From Candidatus Woesebacteria bacterium GW2011_GWB1_39_12 (GTDB lineage: Bacteria; Patescibacteriota; Microgenomatia; UBA8517), in assembly GCA_000993405.1 (NCBI GenBank), contig LBWB01000009.1:77848-141847 (forward strand): a stretch of 64,000 bases of DNA. Direction: 5' to 3'. Shown one piece after another: positions 63,229-64,000 of this stretch (its first letter is position 1; every line of letters starts with the position of its first letter). Under the pieces are notes generated by a model. The model did no database searches and had not been told where the DNA came from. It worked only from the letters and a program-made list of their open reading frames with translations. Both the position numbers and the translations under genes were made by a program.

Positions 63229-63996
63229 TTATATTGCATTTTTTATAGCATATTCGACAAATACTTTTGTGATATTTTCTCCGGTTGCGGCCTCCATTCC
63301 GATCATCCCCGCCGTATGATTTACTTCCAAAATATATCTCTTACTGTCTTTACTAATAAGCAAATCTACCCCGCCCACGCTTATGTCCACTGCGTCTAAA
63401 GCCGCCTTGGCAAGCTTTTCGTCTTCTTGATCAAGGTCAAATTTCTCAACGCTTCCGCCTAGAGAAAAATTGGCTCTGAATTCTCCCTCGCCGGGGATTC
63501 TTCTCATAGAGTATATTTTATCTCCGATAATTAAGACTCTAAGATCATATTTATAGTCAATGAATTGTTGTAAAAGGTAACTTTTAGCCTCGCCGCCATT
63601 TTCCTTTATCCTTGAAATAAATTCACCAAGCTCCTCTTCATTATCAAATTTATAAACTCCTGCGCCTTTACCTGTTCTTGTCAATTTAACAACGACGGGA
63701 TATCCGATTTCTTGGGCAGCTTCCGCGAACTTATCAAAATCGTGAAGATGATACGAATCTGGTACGGGTACGCCTGCATCTGCCAATTTTATGAGATCAG
63801 AAATTTTATTGATAGAATATTTATGGACTAATAAATTGTTGTCAAAAACCTTTACGCCTTTTTCTCTCAAACCGACAATATGAGAAGAAATGCCTTTGAT
63901 ATTATTGAAAATTCCCCGCAAAATAAGCACGTCAGGTAAATCATCCGTAGGTTCAATAAATAATTTGCCGTTCCTTATAGCATATTCAAACTTCAA
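63229..63996 (-). CDS. second ATP-grasp (RimK-like) ligase, possibly N-terminally truncated by the window edge
   Basis: 255 aa; …GKGAGVYKF…, …RANFSLGGSVEKFDLD…, …GVDLLISKDSKRYILEVNHTAGM…. Confidence 0.7.
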   Translation of the reverse strand: MKFEYAIRNGKLFIEPTDDLPDVLILRGIFNNIKGISSHIVGLREKGVKVFDNNLLVHKYSINKISDLIKLADAGVPVPDSYHLHDFDKFAEAAQEIGYPVVVKLTRTGKGAGVYKFDNEEELGEFISRIKENGGEAKSYLLQQFIDYKYDLRVLIIGDKIYSMRRIPGEGEFRANFSLGGSVEKFDLDQEDEKLAKAALDAVDISVGGVDLLISKDSKRYILEVNHTAGMIGMEAATGENITKVFVEYAIKNAI

Positions 63997-64000
63997 AAGA

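Overview
This 64-kb window is low-GC bacterial chromosome (by eye below 40% GC). It has compact genes and few long intergenic regions. Ribosomal proteins carry Lys/Glu-rich extensions, and several secreted proteins carry dockerin-type repeats. From these features alone I infer a Patescibacteria/CPR-like (Microgenomates-like) organism; I cannot confirm this.

Housekeeping genes recognisable from the translations:
- Translation: frr, tsf, rpsB (apparent frameshift), def, fmt, rpmB, rpmG, rpsU, secE-nusG-rplK-rplA, rplJ-rplL.
- One-carbon metabolism: folD and glyA.
- DNA metabolism: topA, dprA, rnhB.
- Cell envelope: mreB, PBP2, an O-antigen-ligase-like/TPR membrane protein, CapA.
- Regulation: a RelA/SpoT-family protein and a TrpR-like regulator.
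- Five tRNAs: Thr-UGU, Tyr-GUA, Thr-GGU, Trp-CCA, plus a split tRNA-like shell.

Notable regions:
1. A ~16-kb locus (26.3-42.7 kb) encodes a cellulosome-like cohesin-dockerin surface system. Five membrane-anchored cohesin-like proteins are present, and two of them also carry a dockerin. Four large secreted putative enzymes (lyase-like, PQQ beta-propeller, GH-like, unknown) each end in a nearly identical dockerin module.
2. A thymidylate synthesis and deoxynucleoside salvage module sits at 2.2-10.4 kb. It includes a dNK-thymidine kinase fusion and a dCMP-deaminase fusion. Tandem decayed copies of the glyA 5' end lie inside it.
3. The conserved rpmG-secE-nusG-rplKAJL array is interrupted twice. 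The first interruption is ~11 kb and includes tRNA-Trp, tRNA-end duplications, an MFS transporter, an RSH protein and a conspicuously GC-rich foreign-looking ORF. The second is 3.4 kb and carries a TrpRS-like protein, a nucleotidyltransferase and an APH-family kinase.
4. A canonical tRNA-Thr(GGU) lies inside the anticodon-loop position of a degenerate tRNA-like shell. The inner tRNA is also embraced by a GC-rich hairpin (GCCCGCCGAAG...GGCGGG). That hairpin recurs empty downstream of rplA and in-frame inside a membrane-protein gene.
5. Many conserved genes (fmt, topA, the ligase-like gene, rnhB) carry in-frame short word-like tandem DNA repeats. AT-rich dyad-symmetric intergenic elements recur.

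No CRISPR array, rRNA gene, or recognisable transposase or integrase was seen.
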